Positions 12,233 to 23,779 of a stretch of DNA of 64,000 nt are shown one piece after another (position 1 is the first letter of the stretch; each line of letters begins with the position of its first letter). The notes under the pieces are model-generated. The model was given only the letters and a program-made list of their open reading frames with translations. It searched no databases and was not told the origin of the DNA. This DNA is from Hemiscyllium ocellatum (taxonomy: Eukaryota): NCBI RefSeq assembly GCF_020745735.1, contig NC_083402.1, positions 8,384,004 to 8,448,003 of the forward strand, in the 5' to 3' direction. The translations under genes were made by a program, and so were the position numbers.

Positions 12233-12684
12233 CACCAGGTTATAGTCCGAAGGTTTAATTTGAAGCACTAGCTTTTGGAGCGCTGCTCCTTCATCAGGTG
12301 ATAGTGGAGTATAAGATTGTAAGTCACAGAATTTACAGCAAATTTTTATCGTGTGATGTCACTGAAATTATATGTTGAAAAAGACCAGGATAGTTTGTTA
12401 AGTCTCTCGTCCGTTAGAATGACCATGTTGGTTTCAGTGCTTTTATATGCAAATCACAATTCTTTTCTAAAAGCTCCATTCTCAAGTGAACTTTAACAAT
12501 TGGTGTCTGTCAGCCCAGATAATGTATTGAAGGTGTGAGCTCCCCTGGGTGGTACTGTCTGTGCCACAATGTTTAGACTGATTCTCTTCTAACAAAATGA
12601 ATTTGTTGAAACTTCCATGGATTCCTGCAGTTTTTTGAGCAAAATATGATGAAACTCTGAAAGTACAAATTCACCCCACAAACT

Positions 12685-12722
<38 letters not shown>

Positions 12723-14288
12723 TGCGGGAGTGGTTGTGAGTGTCTGTAAAAGAGTGTGTGCATGTGTGTGTGTGTGTTTGTGCGGGAGTGGTTGTGAGTG
12801 TCTGTAAAAGAGTGTGTGCATGTGTGTGAGTGTGAGTATAAAGGGGTATAAGTCTGTAGGAGGGCGCATGTGTGAGTGTGGGAGTGTATGAGAGAGGATC
12901 TGCGTGTGTGTGTGTGTGTGTGTGTGTGTCTTGTGTGTATGTGTGTCTCTGTATATGTGTGTGTAAAGTGTTCTCTGACTGGGGATGAGGGGAACACCCC
13001 TGTCTGTTGATTGCTGTACGGTGCCCATCCATCCGTTGCCATAGCCCCTGCTTGGTCTCACCAATGCAGCATGCCTCAGGGCATCCTTGCCTGCAGCGAA
13101 TGGGATAGACAACGTTGGCTGAGTTGCATGAGTACCTGCCACATACTGCAGTCTGGGACATTCAACCTTGGACTTTCAGGTGACCATCCTCCAAGGCGGA
13201 CTTCGGGACAGGCAGCAACAAAAAGTGGCCGAGCAGAGGCTCTTGGCCAAGTTCGGTCCCCATGGGGATGGCCTCAACTGGGATCTTGGGTTCATGTCAC
13301 ACNNNNNNNNNNNNNNNNNNNNNNNNNNNNNNNNNNNNNNNNNNNNNNNNNNNNNNNNNNNNNNNNNNNNNNNNNNNNNNNNNNNNNNNNNNNNNNNNNN
13401 NNNNNNNNNNNNNNNNNNNNNNNNNNNNNNNNNNNNNNNNNNNNNNNNNNNNNNNNNNNNNNNNNNNNNNNNNNNAAACACACACAGAGACACTCCTACA
13501 GACGCACACATTTACACACAAACACACACACACACACAAACAAACACAGACACTCTCACACACACACACACACAGACACTCTCTCTCATACACACACAGA
13601 CACTCCGACGGACACATGAGGCAGACCCTCTCTCATATGCTCACACATACATTCACACAATCACACATGCCCCTCTCACAGACGTATACCCCTTTATACT
13701 CACACACATGCACACACTCTTTCACAGACACTCACAAACACACCCTCCCCCCCTTCCACACCCCTGCCCACCCCCCCTCCCCGACACACACACACACACA
13801 CACACACGGACGCGGACGCGCACACATGCACATATAAGTTTGTGGGGGTGAATTTGTACTGCAGTGTTACATTTTACATTGCACAAAACTGCATGAATCC
13901 ATGTAAGATTCGATAAATTCAATTTTTTTAGATGAGAATCAGTCTAAACATTATGGCACAGACAGTATCACCCAGGGGAGCTCACACCTTCAATGCATTA
14001 TCTGGGCTGACAGACACCAATTGTTAAAGTTCACTTGAGAATGGAGCTTTTAAAAAAGAATTGTGATTTGCATATAAAAGCACTGAAACCAACATGGTCA
14101 TTCTAACGGATGAGAGACTTAACAAACTATCCTGGTCTTTTTCAACATATAATTTCAGTGACATCACACGATAAAAATTTGCTGTAAGTTCTGTGACTTA
14201 CAATCTTATACTCCACTATCACCTGATGAAGGAGCAGCACTCCAAAAGCTAGTGCTTCCAAATAAACCTGTTGGACTATAACCTGGTG
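12233..14288. mobile_element. Divergent inverted pair of Penelope-like 3' ends spanning an assembly gap
   Basis: 12233-12690 is the near-identical reverse complement of 13825-14288. GIY-YIG remnants CNSANVVYPIRC..IGETKQ (-) and VTILQGG..EQRLLAKFG (+). TG/CA-rich UTRs. Degenerate hammerheads at 12266-12300 (-) and 14220-14254 (+). Confidence 0.88.
13303..13475. other. Assembly gap (173 N)
   Basis: Run of N. Confidence 1.
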
Positions 14289-15040
14289 CCGTGTGACCGC
14301 TGAAGGTACTTACAGATCGGATCCATTGAACCCTCCTGAATTCATTCATGCAGAACCCTCCGCCCGTTGCTCAAAGTTAATTTTCTTTCAACAAGGTCAA
14401 GGATTTTACAGCCTCCCCCCTCACTCTGTTGCTCAAACACATTCAAAGTATTGACCACACTCTGTGTGAAGGAGAGCCCCTGGTGTCATTCCTAATGTAA
14501 CCATTCACCAGCTCCAACCTGTGACCTTTGAAATGAGCACAGGTTAATTTAAACTCAGTGTTCAGATTACATTTTCCTACACTGAGTAAAATATTTGGGT
14601 GCAGGAGAAGGGGGATAACCAGCCATGTGGCTGTTTGCTGCATGAACTTAAAAGAGGAGCTATGAGATTAAATGTTTCCTCATCTCAATTTACATAGAAA
14701 ATCCGTTATTTTGCAAATGTTCCCCTGTTTGACTTCTGTTCACAAGAACAAATATCCTCTCAGAATCTGTCTTGTCAAACTCCTCAGCATCTTGAGGAAA
14801 GGTCACTCTGCCTGAAATGTTAACTCTGATTTCTCTCCACAGGTGCTGCCAGACCTGCTGAGCTTTTCCAGCAATTTCCATTTTTGTTTCTGATTTGCAG
14901 CATCAGCAGCTTTGTTTTCGGTTTTTCCTCAGGATGTTCTTTGTTTCATTTATTTCTCCTTTTGTTTTATTCCATCATGGGTGTCGCTGGCCCGGATTAT
15001 GTGCATGTATTGTCCATCCTGATTGCCCAGGTGAAGCTGC

Positions 15041-15773
15041 TGTTATGAGACGGCGTTGAAGCCTTCTGCTAATTAAACCAAACACCCAGAAAAGCCCACC
15101 TCACATCGCCATCTGTTAAAGTATGAGGAACAGAGAACTCCCAAAATTCACTTTTATATAAAAAATGTATTCTTTAACTCTCAAAGTGTACCTTAAACAA
15201 CAACTATTTCCAACTCTTAGCCTCCTTTCTCTAAACCGCTTGCTATCTGTCTCCAACTCTATAACAATCTACTGTTCCAATAACCACCTGTATTAAAATT
15301 ACATCAGCTTCATTACAAGACCACACAGTGGCAGTTATTATTGGTGTGTTTCTTCTTTCAGCTCAAGATCTCCCTGAGTTGTCTTCTGTCTTTCACTGCA
15401 AAGATGTTTCATATGAGAAAGCTCCCTTTGATAGAGAATGTTTTGAATGGCAATTTCTTTCTGTCTAACTTTCAAAATGTCTGCTTTTTTATTACCCCAA
15501 ACATCAGGTAGTTTCATTGTTTCGAAGTTGGCAAAAACAATAAATTCAAACTCATTTTGTATCCTGGGGCATAATTTAAACTGATTGATTAGATTCAAAT
15601 TATGGACAAAACAATTGAGGTATCTAGTTTACAGCTAAATGTTACATATTTTCAATTTTCCAGTACACTCTGAGACTGCTCGTCAGTCACATGACAGGTG
15701 CCTGCACGTTCTCAGTGCAGAACAGCTTACACTCTCGCTTAAAGGTACAGTACGCACCTTCAACTTCATAACA
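15041..15773 (-). repeat. 3' LTR of the Gypsy element
   Basis: TGTTATGA...TCATAACA terminal inverted repeats, preceded on the minus strand by a G-rich PPT (plus-strand aacccccccaaag at 15774-15786). Confidence 0.9.
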
Positions 15774-18682
15774 AACCCCCCCAAAGAAAAAAAATGAACC
15801 ATCATAATGAAAAGATGTCTCCATTTTTTGCCTAATTCTTAAGCCCATGACAATGAAATACATAGGATATTAACTTAAGTTCATATTAATTTCCTCACAC
15901 ATATGTATAACATTGGTATCTGTTCAATTTTATTTAAAATTTATCCATTAAACTTGCGATAATGTTGTATAGCCAGTACCAAACTCAATAATTCCTTTTC
16001 AATGGTAGAATATTTTTCTCTGGTGGGTGTTGAGTTTCTTTGAAAAGTAACCAACTGTCTATTCAATTCCACCATCACCTTCCTGTAGCAGTATAGCCTC
16101 AAGTCCAATATCATGAGCATCGATTGCAACTTTGAGTGCAATATTTGGTGCAGCTAAAACTGGAGCCACGGTTAATACAACTCTTACATTGTCAAGTGCC
16201 TCCTGGCATTGTTCCATCCACCGAAATGTTGTGTTCTTCTTCAGGAAATCCGTGAGTGAAGTCACTACCCTGCTGACATTTGGAACAAACTTCCAGGAGA
16301 ATCCACTTAGTCCCCAAAATCAAAGCACTTCTTTCTTTGAGGTTGTTTGTGGAAATTCCTCGATGGTCTTTGTCTTTGCATTCCTGAGGGTCAACCTTTC
16401 ATGACCGATGTTATCTCCCGATAATGTCTCCTCTGCCTTCGCAAATTGTGTTTTCTTTAATTTTATTACCGTTTAGCTTCTCTTAATCGTTCAAAGAGCT
16501 GTGTGCCAACTGTACCATGTGATCTTTCCATGGCTCACTAAAGATCACTGCACCATCCAGATATACTGCACAGTTTGTTAACACAGCCACACCTCTGTTT
16601 ATGAGCTTTTTAAATGTGGCTGCGTGTGTTCTTCATTCCAAAGGGCAGCACTTTGAATTGACATAACCCATTTGGGGTGACAAACGCAGAAATTTATTTC
16701 ACTTTCTCTGATAAAGGGATGACAATGCCCAAACAGTAAGTCCAACTTTGTGATGTAAGGGGCTGGTTAAACTTTCTCTATACAGTCCTCCAATGTTAGT
16801 ATTGATCTGAGTCTGATTTTGTAATGGACTTGACCTTCCAATGGTCCACGCAACTAACACAATCATCGAACTCCACTTGCTTTGACTCAGTTCGATGATA
16901 GCTTCATTGAGCATTGCATCCACTTCCTTCTGGATCTGTGTGGCTTTGAAAGGATTAAGCCTGTAGGTGTGTTGTTTTATTGGAACAGCATTCCCTACTT
17001 CTACCTCATGCACAATAGGATCAGGCCTCTCCATCATATTCCTGCATATGTCCTTATACTGCTGCAACAATCCTTTCAACTGGTTCTTTGTTCCTGGGAC
17101 AGATTGTACACTAACCTATCCCATCTCCTCAAGGACTTCTTTATTGTTTAATGTATTTTAAGGCAATCAAACTGCACAACATGAGATTTGATTCCTCACT
17201 CTGTGGGGCAGTAACTAACACCTGTTCCTCCAGTTCCCCCTCTCTATTATAATAATGTTTCAACATATTCACATGACATTCCCAATTCAGTGTTTTTCCT
17301 GTCCAGCATCTTTACCAGATAGTTTACCTGACTCAACTTTTTTCTCAATTTGTCAGGGACCATAGAACCTGACTTTGAAAGCATATCCTGTCATTGGTAA
17401 CAATACTAACACGTCATCCCCACGGGAAATTTTCTGAATTCCGGAGTTTTTATCTGCCACCTGCTTCAATCTACACTGCACCCTCTTTCAGTGCTGTTTA
17501 GCTAACTCATCTGCCTGATTTAATCTCTCTCACCTCTGATACATAATCCATGTGTGTGACCTCTGACTTCTGTCCTGTCTATTTCTCTTTAATTAATTTC
17601 AAAGTATCTCTCACTTCATGTCCGAATATTTACTTAAAGGGAGTGAACTGAGTAGCTTCATTTGAGCCATCTCTAATGGCAAACAATATGAATGGGATAC
17701 CTTCATCCCAATCAATCAGGTAATCCTGACAGCACATTCTTAACATGGGCTTCAGGGTCTGATGCCACCTTTCCAAAGCTTCCTGAGTTTCAGGATGATA
17801 TGCACTTGGTTTAATGTGCTGTATGCCTCATCTATCCATGACTTCTTTAAACAGATGAGCAATAAAATTAGACAATGGTCTGACTGAATCTCTCTGGGTA
17901 GCTCATACCAAGTGAAGAAAGCTACTAACTCCTCTACCACCCATTTTGTCTTAATGCTCCGTAATGGAATTGCATCCGGAAATCTGGGAGACACACCCAT
18001 TATGGTTAGCAAGTACTGGTTCCCACTTATAGGGAGGGAACCTACACAATCATTATAACTAACATGAAAGGTTCTTCAAACGTGGGAACTAGCAACAAAG
18101 GTGTTGGGTTTACTGCTTTGGCTCACCGACCACTTGGCCTGTATGACACATACAGCAAAAGTTAACAACATCTTTGTGCATCCCAGGCCAATACAACAGC
18201 TTTTGTACCTTAGTCTGAGACTTCCTTACACTGAGGTGACCTCCTACTGGGAGTTCATGTGCTCTATGGAACATCTCCTGTCTGTATGCTACCAGCAACA
18301 CAATCTGGTGCAAGTTGAGTGATATGAGTTTTTAAACTCGTCAGCAGAATAACCTCTCCCAGAGCCTCAAAGGTCCTATCTATCTTTAAAGCACGTACCC
18401 ATCTGTCAAAATGACTGATTAATTCTTTCAAACTCAATACAAATCTGACTTGGTTCCTTCTTTATATTTCTGAACCACTGTCTATACATTTCTCATAAGC
18501 ACTCAATATAGCCTGTTTGACATCATCATAATCTCTTGACCCCTCATCTGACAGCACTGCAAATACCTCACTCGCTCTGCCTACCAGCTTATTCTGAACT
18601 AGCATTACACAGAGGGTCCCTGACCACTCCCTATGCCGAGCCAAATTGTCAAATGAAATAAAAAAGTTTTCATCAAAATGTG

Positions 18683-18869
18683 CGGGTGAAAAAAGAGGTC
18701 TGCAGATGCTGGAGATCACAGTTGAAAATGTGTTGCTGGTTAAAGCACAGCAGGTTAGGAAGCATCCAAGGAATAGGAAATTCGACGTTTCGGGCATAAG
18801 CCCTTCATCAAGGTCTTATGCCCGAAACGTCAAATTTCCTATTCCTTGGATGCTGCCTAACCTCTGTGC
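18683..18869. mobile_element. Palindromic mini-Penelope pLTR insertion inside gypsy gag
   Basis: Fold-back centred near 18810. 14-bp TSD ttcatcaaaatgtg at 18669-18682 and 18870-18883. Confidence 0.88.
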
Positions 18870-19007
18870 TTCATCAAAATGTGGCAGAGCTTTGACATAT
18901 TTGTATATATCACGATCTTCATTCTTCATCTCCATCCTGTTAACTTGGCTTTCCTGACTAATTCACAACTTCCAAAGTGCAAATTCTCTCTCCCTTTCCT
19001 TTCTCTT

Positions 19008-19315
19008 TTAGATTAGATTAGATTACTTACAGTGTGGAAACAGGCCCTTCGGCCCAACAAGTCCACACCGACCCACCGAAGCACAACCCACCCATACATT
19101 TACCCCTTACCTTACACTACGGGCAATTTAGCATGGCCAATTCACCTGACCCGCACATCTTTGGACTGTGGGAGGAAACCGGAGCACCCGGAGGAAACCC
19201 ACGCAGACACGGGGAGAATGTGCAAACTCCACACAGACAGTCACCTGAGGCGGGAATTGAACCCAGGTCTCTGGCGCTGTGAGGCAGCAGTGCTAACCAC
19301 TGTGTCACCATGCCG
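19008..19315 (-). mobile_element. HE1/V-SINE (young, CpG-rich)
   Basis: (ttaga)n tail, V-domain, A and B boxes on the minus strand. Confidence 0.92.
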
Positions 19316-20071
19316 CGCTCTCTTTGCTCTGCTAACAACATTCTTTCTCTTTCTTTTTTACTCTCTTTTTCCTTTCTCTTTCATCTCTTTCTCTCTCCCA
19401 TTCTTCTCTTTCTCTCTCTCTCTGTCTCTTTCCCTCTATTTATTGTCTCTCTCTCTTCATTTCTTCTCCTTTGGCTCTTCTTTCCTTTTCTTTACCTTCT
19501 AACTCCATTTTCCTCAATTGTAAACTAAATTTTTCTAACTCTCCTGCACTTCTCTGTTTCTCTGACACACCAAAGTGCTTGACTGACTCCCTTACAATTT
19601 CAGCTTCCCCATGTCCCTGCTTAGATCCAATTCTCAGGGAGATTTAAACAATCCTTTGATAAGAACATGGATGATGATGGGATAGTGTAGAGGGATGAAC
19701 TGAGAATAGTTCACATGTCGGCACAATATCGAGGGCCGAAGGGCCTGTTCTGTGTTGTATTGTTCTATGTTTTATGTTCTATGTTCTAACCTCAATGCTA
19801 ATTCTAAAAGTATGACCTTTTGCTGATTTTTCTAAACTTTCTTGGCAAATTTGGAACCATTTTCAAACTGCAGAACGTCTTCAGCAATTTTAAGAGCCAT
19901 TTCTCTCACTTTTAATTTAACCAACCACAAATAACTGAAATTAAACCAATTCTCTCACCTACATTTTCTTTAAAGATCTCGGACACTAATCGGCAAGTGT
20001 TCAAATCTGCTGGGATCTTTTGTACCCAAATCTTTCCAAATCTCAGACTGGATCTGTCTGAACCCGTCCAA

Positions 20072-20089
20072 ATCGCAGATGAGCCCCCA
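20072..20089 (-). promoter_or_regulatory. tRNA-Pro primer-binding site
   Basis: TGGGGGCTCATCTGCGAT versus canonical TGGGGGCTCGTCCGGGAT, 3 nt from the LTR edge. Confidence 0.8.
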
Positions 20090-20092
20090 AAC

Positions 20093-20771
20093 TGTAACGA
20101 CATGGTGGTAAACCCCTCTGCTAATTAAACCAAACACCCAGAAAAGCTCACCTCACATCGTAATCTGTTAAAGTCTAAGTAATAGAGAACTCCCAAATTC
20201 CACTACTTAAACAAATAAATCAATTTATTCTTTAACTCTCAAAGTGAACATTATACAATAACTATTTACAACTCTAAGCCTCGTTTCCCTTAACTGCTTG
20301 CTATCTGCCTCCAACTCTACAACAATGTACTGTTCCAATAACCACCTGTATTAAAATTACATCAGGTTCATTACAAAACCACACAATGGCTGTCATTGTC
20401 AGTGTGTTTCTTCTTTCAGCTAAAGATCTCCTTGGGTCGACTTCTGTCTTTCACTGCAAAGATGTTTCATATGAAGAAGGTCCCTTTGATTGAGAGTGTT
20501 TTGTACGGCAGTCTCTCAATGGCAGTTACTCTCTGTCTAACTTTCAAAATATCTGCTTTTTATTTTATACCCCAAACATCAGATTGTCTCATTAGTTTGA
20601 GGATGGCAAAAACAATAAATTCAAACTCGATTGGGTTTTAGTATTCAGGGGGATAATTTAATCTGACTGTTTAGATTCAAATCATGCTCAAAACAACTGA
20701 GGTATCTCGTTTGCAGTGAAATGTTACATATTTTCAATTTGGCCAATTAAACTGTTGGAAGCTGTCAGTGA
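20093..20771 (-). repeat. 5' LTR of the Gypsy element (outer end interrupted by a LINE tail)
   Basis: Colinear homology to 15041-15690; broken at 20772 by a (gaatt)n-tailed insertion. Confidence 0.85.
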
Positions 20772-20944
20772 CTGAATTGAATTGAATTGAATTGAATTTA
20801 TTGTCACATGTACCGAGGCACGGCGAAAAGCTTTGTCTTGTGAGCAGTACAGGCAGATCACAGAGTTAAGTTGCATAGATAGTAAATAATAGGTAAACAA
20901 CAGAAAAATCAAAAAGACAGGTACAGGCGAATGTGCCTGTTGTT

Positions 20945-22020
20945 AACATCAAGGCTGTATTTGAGCGAGTGCAGCATCAAGGAACCTGAGCAAAAGTGAA
21001 TCCAGTGGGAAGCTGAGGGGGGAACCTCCATGGGTTTCTGTCAGACCTAGCACAGAGGAAGCTGGTTGTTGTTCTTAGCGATCAGTCATCTCAGCTCCAG
21101 AACATCTCTACAGGAGTTCCTCAGGTTAGTGTGTCCTTGGTCTAACCATCTTTAGCTGCATCATCAATCACCCTCCCTCCACCATAAGGTCAGCAGTGGG
21201 GATGGTTGTTCACTGATGAACATGGGATACAGGAGAACATCTCCACCTACAAGCTTCCCTCCAAGACACTCACCATCCTGATTGGGGAATATTTCATCAT
21301 TCCTTCAGTGTCACTGGGACAAAGCCTTGGAAATCCTTTACCAACCGTATCGTGAATGTCTCTGCAGCTGAGTGAATACAGCAGTTCAAAAAGGCAGCTC
21401 ACCATTCCCTTCTCCAGGGCTGGCCAATAAAGGCTGACTGTGCATGGGACACCCACATCCTCTTGGACAATGAAAAGATAGTTCCATGTCAGGATGGCCT
21501 GTATCTGATGTCATTTTTCACTGAGGTCTTCAAGGTCCCTACTTTGGAAGGTGCTGGTGGAGGAAATGTTGCTGTCTTGCTGCAGTGCATTTTATAGTTA
21601 TTTTTATTCCCACAATGATGTTAGGATGGGATTTCCAGGATTTTGATCCAGTAATAATGACAGAGCAGTGATATATTTTCCTGCACTGTTCCAGGCAAGT
21701 GGAAGGTATTTCATCACACTCCTGACTGGCCAATAGGCTTTGGAGTCAGGAGGTATGTTAATTCATAGGATTCTGAGCCTGTGACCTGCTCTTGCAGCCA
21801 CAGTTTCATTTGCACTCCTGGGTTCACTCCTTATCCACAACTGAGGGGCAGTTAAGAGTCAAATACATAACTGTGGGTATGGAGTTACATGTAGGTCAGA
21901 TCGGGTAAGGATAGCAGATTTCCCTCCCAAAAGGACATGATTAACCCAGATTCTTTTTTAATGGTGATGGTTACACAGTCATTATTAGACTAGTTTTCAG
22001 TTCTAGATATTTTCAAATTC
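20945..22020. mobile_element. LINE RT fragments in both orientations
   Basis: GVPQVSVSLV / IFSCIINH-type RT remnants on plus to about 21480, then an opposite-strand fragment. Confidence 0.55.
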
Positions 22021-22387
22021 AAATTTCACAATCTGCCACAATCCCCAGGACATTAGCCTCTGGCGAGGACAGCTCCCCCCATTTTCTCCTCAGCCAATAG
22101 AGGTGGAGGACAGCAACAGTGAGGTTCTCGGCCAATGTGAGCTGAGGGTTCCTTCACCCTGAGATGAGCTCATCCAGTGAGGGCTCAGGGGGTGCCAGGT
22201 CTCTCTTGTCCTCACCCAAATGCTGATAAAGCTGGACCCTCATTGATGGGGATCTTGGAGCTTGGATTGTCAGTGATGTTTTCTCTGTTCCCCATCCCAG
22301 AGCAATGAAGCCAGTTTGAACGTGATAATGAATGAGTGTGACTGTGGGAGGTTTCAAAGATGGTGATGGAATGGTCTCTAAATCCCA

Positions 22388-22396
22388 GTCATGTCA

Positions 22397-22432
<36 letters not shown>

Positions 22433-22480
22433 CCCTCTACCTCTTTCTCGCTCTTTCTGTCTGTCTCTCTCTCTCTCTCT
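22388..22480. repeat. (CT)n-rich microsatellite
   Basis: Imperfect CT tract; similar tracts at 10682-10742 and 19320-19500. Confidence 0.9.
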
Positions 22481-22636
22481 TTGTGCCCCTCTGTCTCTGT
22501 CCTTCTCACTGCCTCCTGCCTGAGACCAACTGGAAGAGCCCAGGAGAAGGAAAGAATCCAAGAGCTCCCGGACCTGGTGGAGCCTGTCCCCATTGAGCTG
22601 TCAGGGCAGTGACACCATCAGAACATTGTTCCTCAC

Positions 22637-23023
22637 CTTTCACTTCCAGGCGTGTTCCTTTTCTAGATCCAAACTTTTCAATATTGAGCTCCACACGACA
22701 CCGATAGGAACCAGCATCCTCCCGGCTCAGTCCCTCCATCATTATTGAGGCATCTTTGTTGGTGAGGTTCCCCACGAATCTGAATCGATTCCCACCGTCC
22801 CGCTGTATCACATTCTCACACAGCTCACCCTGGGAATGGTCTGGACCAGGATCTGTACAGTTAAAGATAAAAGCCCGTGTTTCCTCCTTGTACCATAAGA
22901 TGGAGCCAGTGAGTGTGAGGTTAGTGTCAGGGTGGGTGAAGCTGCAGGGTAAGACAGCGGAGCCTCCTTCCTCAGCCCACACTCCATCCACGATCGTCAT
23001 TGACCAACCATTAGCAGACAAAG
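22637..23023 (-). CDS. Siglec-15-like Ig V-set exon (V1) retaining the sialic-acid-binding Arg
   Basis: 387 nt, phase 1-1, acceptor ctctcccctcacag, donor G|gtgagg. SAVLPCSFTHP, extra Cys pair FNC...GELC, RFRFVGN and YRCRVE parallel the Siglec-15 motifs AAVLPCTFTHP, FRC...SELC, RFRLLGN and YFCRVE. Confidence 0.9.
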
Positions 23024-23779
23024 CTGTGAGGGGAGAGAGAGAGGATATGAACACAGCACAGACACCAAACAGTGAGGTAAAACACTGAATCTGTTATTTA
23101 GTGAGAAAAGATATAATATGATACAATTGTGATTTCTGAACAGACTAGTGACAGAGTGGAATGAGCTCCGGGCTGGATACAAGACAGGTCTTCAGGTGGT
23201 TTGTAAACATCCTGAGGTTAGACTTGGTGGTGTGGGGGCGGGGGGTGGGGGGGGGGGCGGGTGCGGGGAGGACCCACAGTGATGTGAAGAGCAGGACTCA
23301 GGGCCCTCCCTGCAGAACCTTTTCTATTTCCTATCACCTTCTATTCTATTACCGAGCCAGCCTTCAGCAACCTGGCTCATTCATCAGGCGTAGCAGAGGG
23401 ATGGGGGATGCAGTGGAAGTATTGTTGGGGTGTGGTGGGGGTGGGGGGGTGGGGAGCGGGGGTTGGATACAGAGAGACATGAAGATGGAAAAAAGTAAAC
23501 TGAAGTAAAAAAGTAAACTCACCATTGTGCAAGAGAACTCCTGTCTCATTAAAGGAAGTTATGACTGGTAATGATTTAACCTAAGGGTCACTCTGCCTCA
23601 GACAAGGGGCAAGGTTGAGAAGATTGGATTTTCATGGTCACCTCAGACAATATGAGAATTAAACATCCCTTGCTGGCATCACTCCACATCACAGACCAAC
23701 TGTCCAGCCAACTGAGCTAACTGACAGTGACATGGCAATCCAAGTCAATCCAGAAGGCAGTGTGAATATCATCAAGGGA

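Larger units (their letters stand above)
15041..20771 (-). mobile_element. Degenerate Gmr1-like Gypsy LTR retrotransposon (gag-IN-RT-RH order)
   Basis: Minus-strand order is gag (ASEVFAVLSDEGSRDYDDVKQAILSAYE, about 18500), integrase (HELPVGGHL..CHTGQ 18110-18313; FPDAIPLR..IQSDH 17752-18012), RT (YRLNP..SKWSS 16699-17079), RNase H (YSTIEKELL 15941-16141), flanked by two homologous LTRs. Confidence 0.9.

Noticed and set aside
12589-13851. Long His/Thr- or Val/Cys-rich ORFs
   Set aside because: Translations of CA/TG microsatellites in Penelope UTRs and of the N gap.
11600-23060. Rearranging V segments (RAG-type system)
   Set aside because: Both V exons end in G|GT donors with a complete G strand; I found no CACAGTG plus 12/23 spacer plus nonamer at their 3' ends.
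23524-23549. MRQEFSCTM|gtgagt leader candidate for V1
   Set aside because: Phase 0, not hydrophobic, and adjacent to a common repeat.
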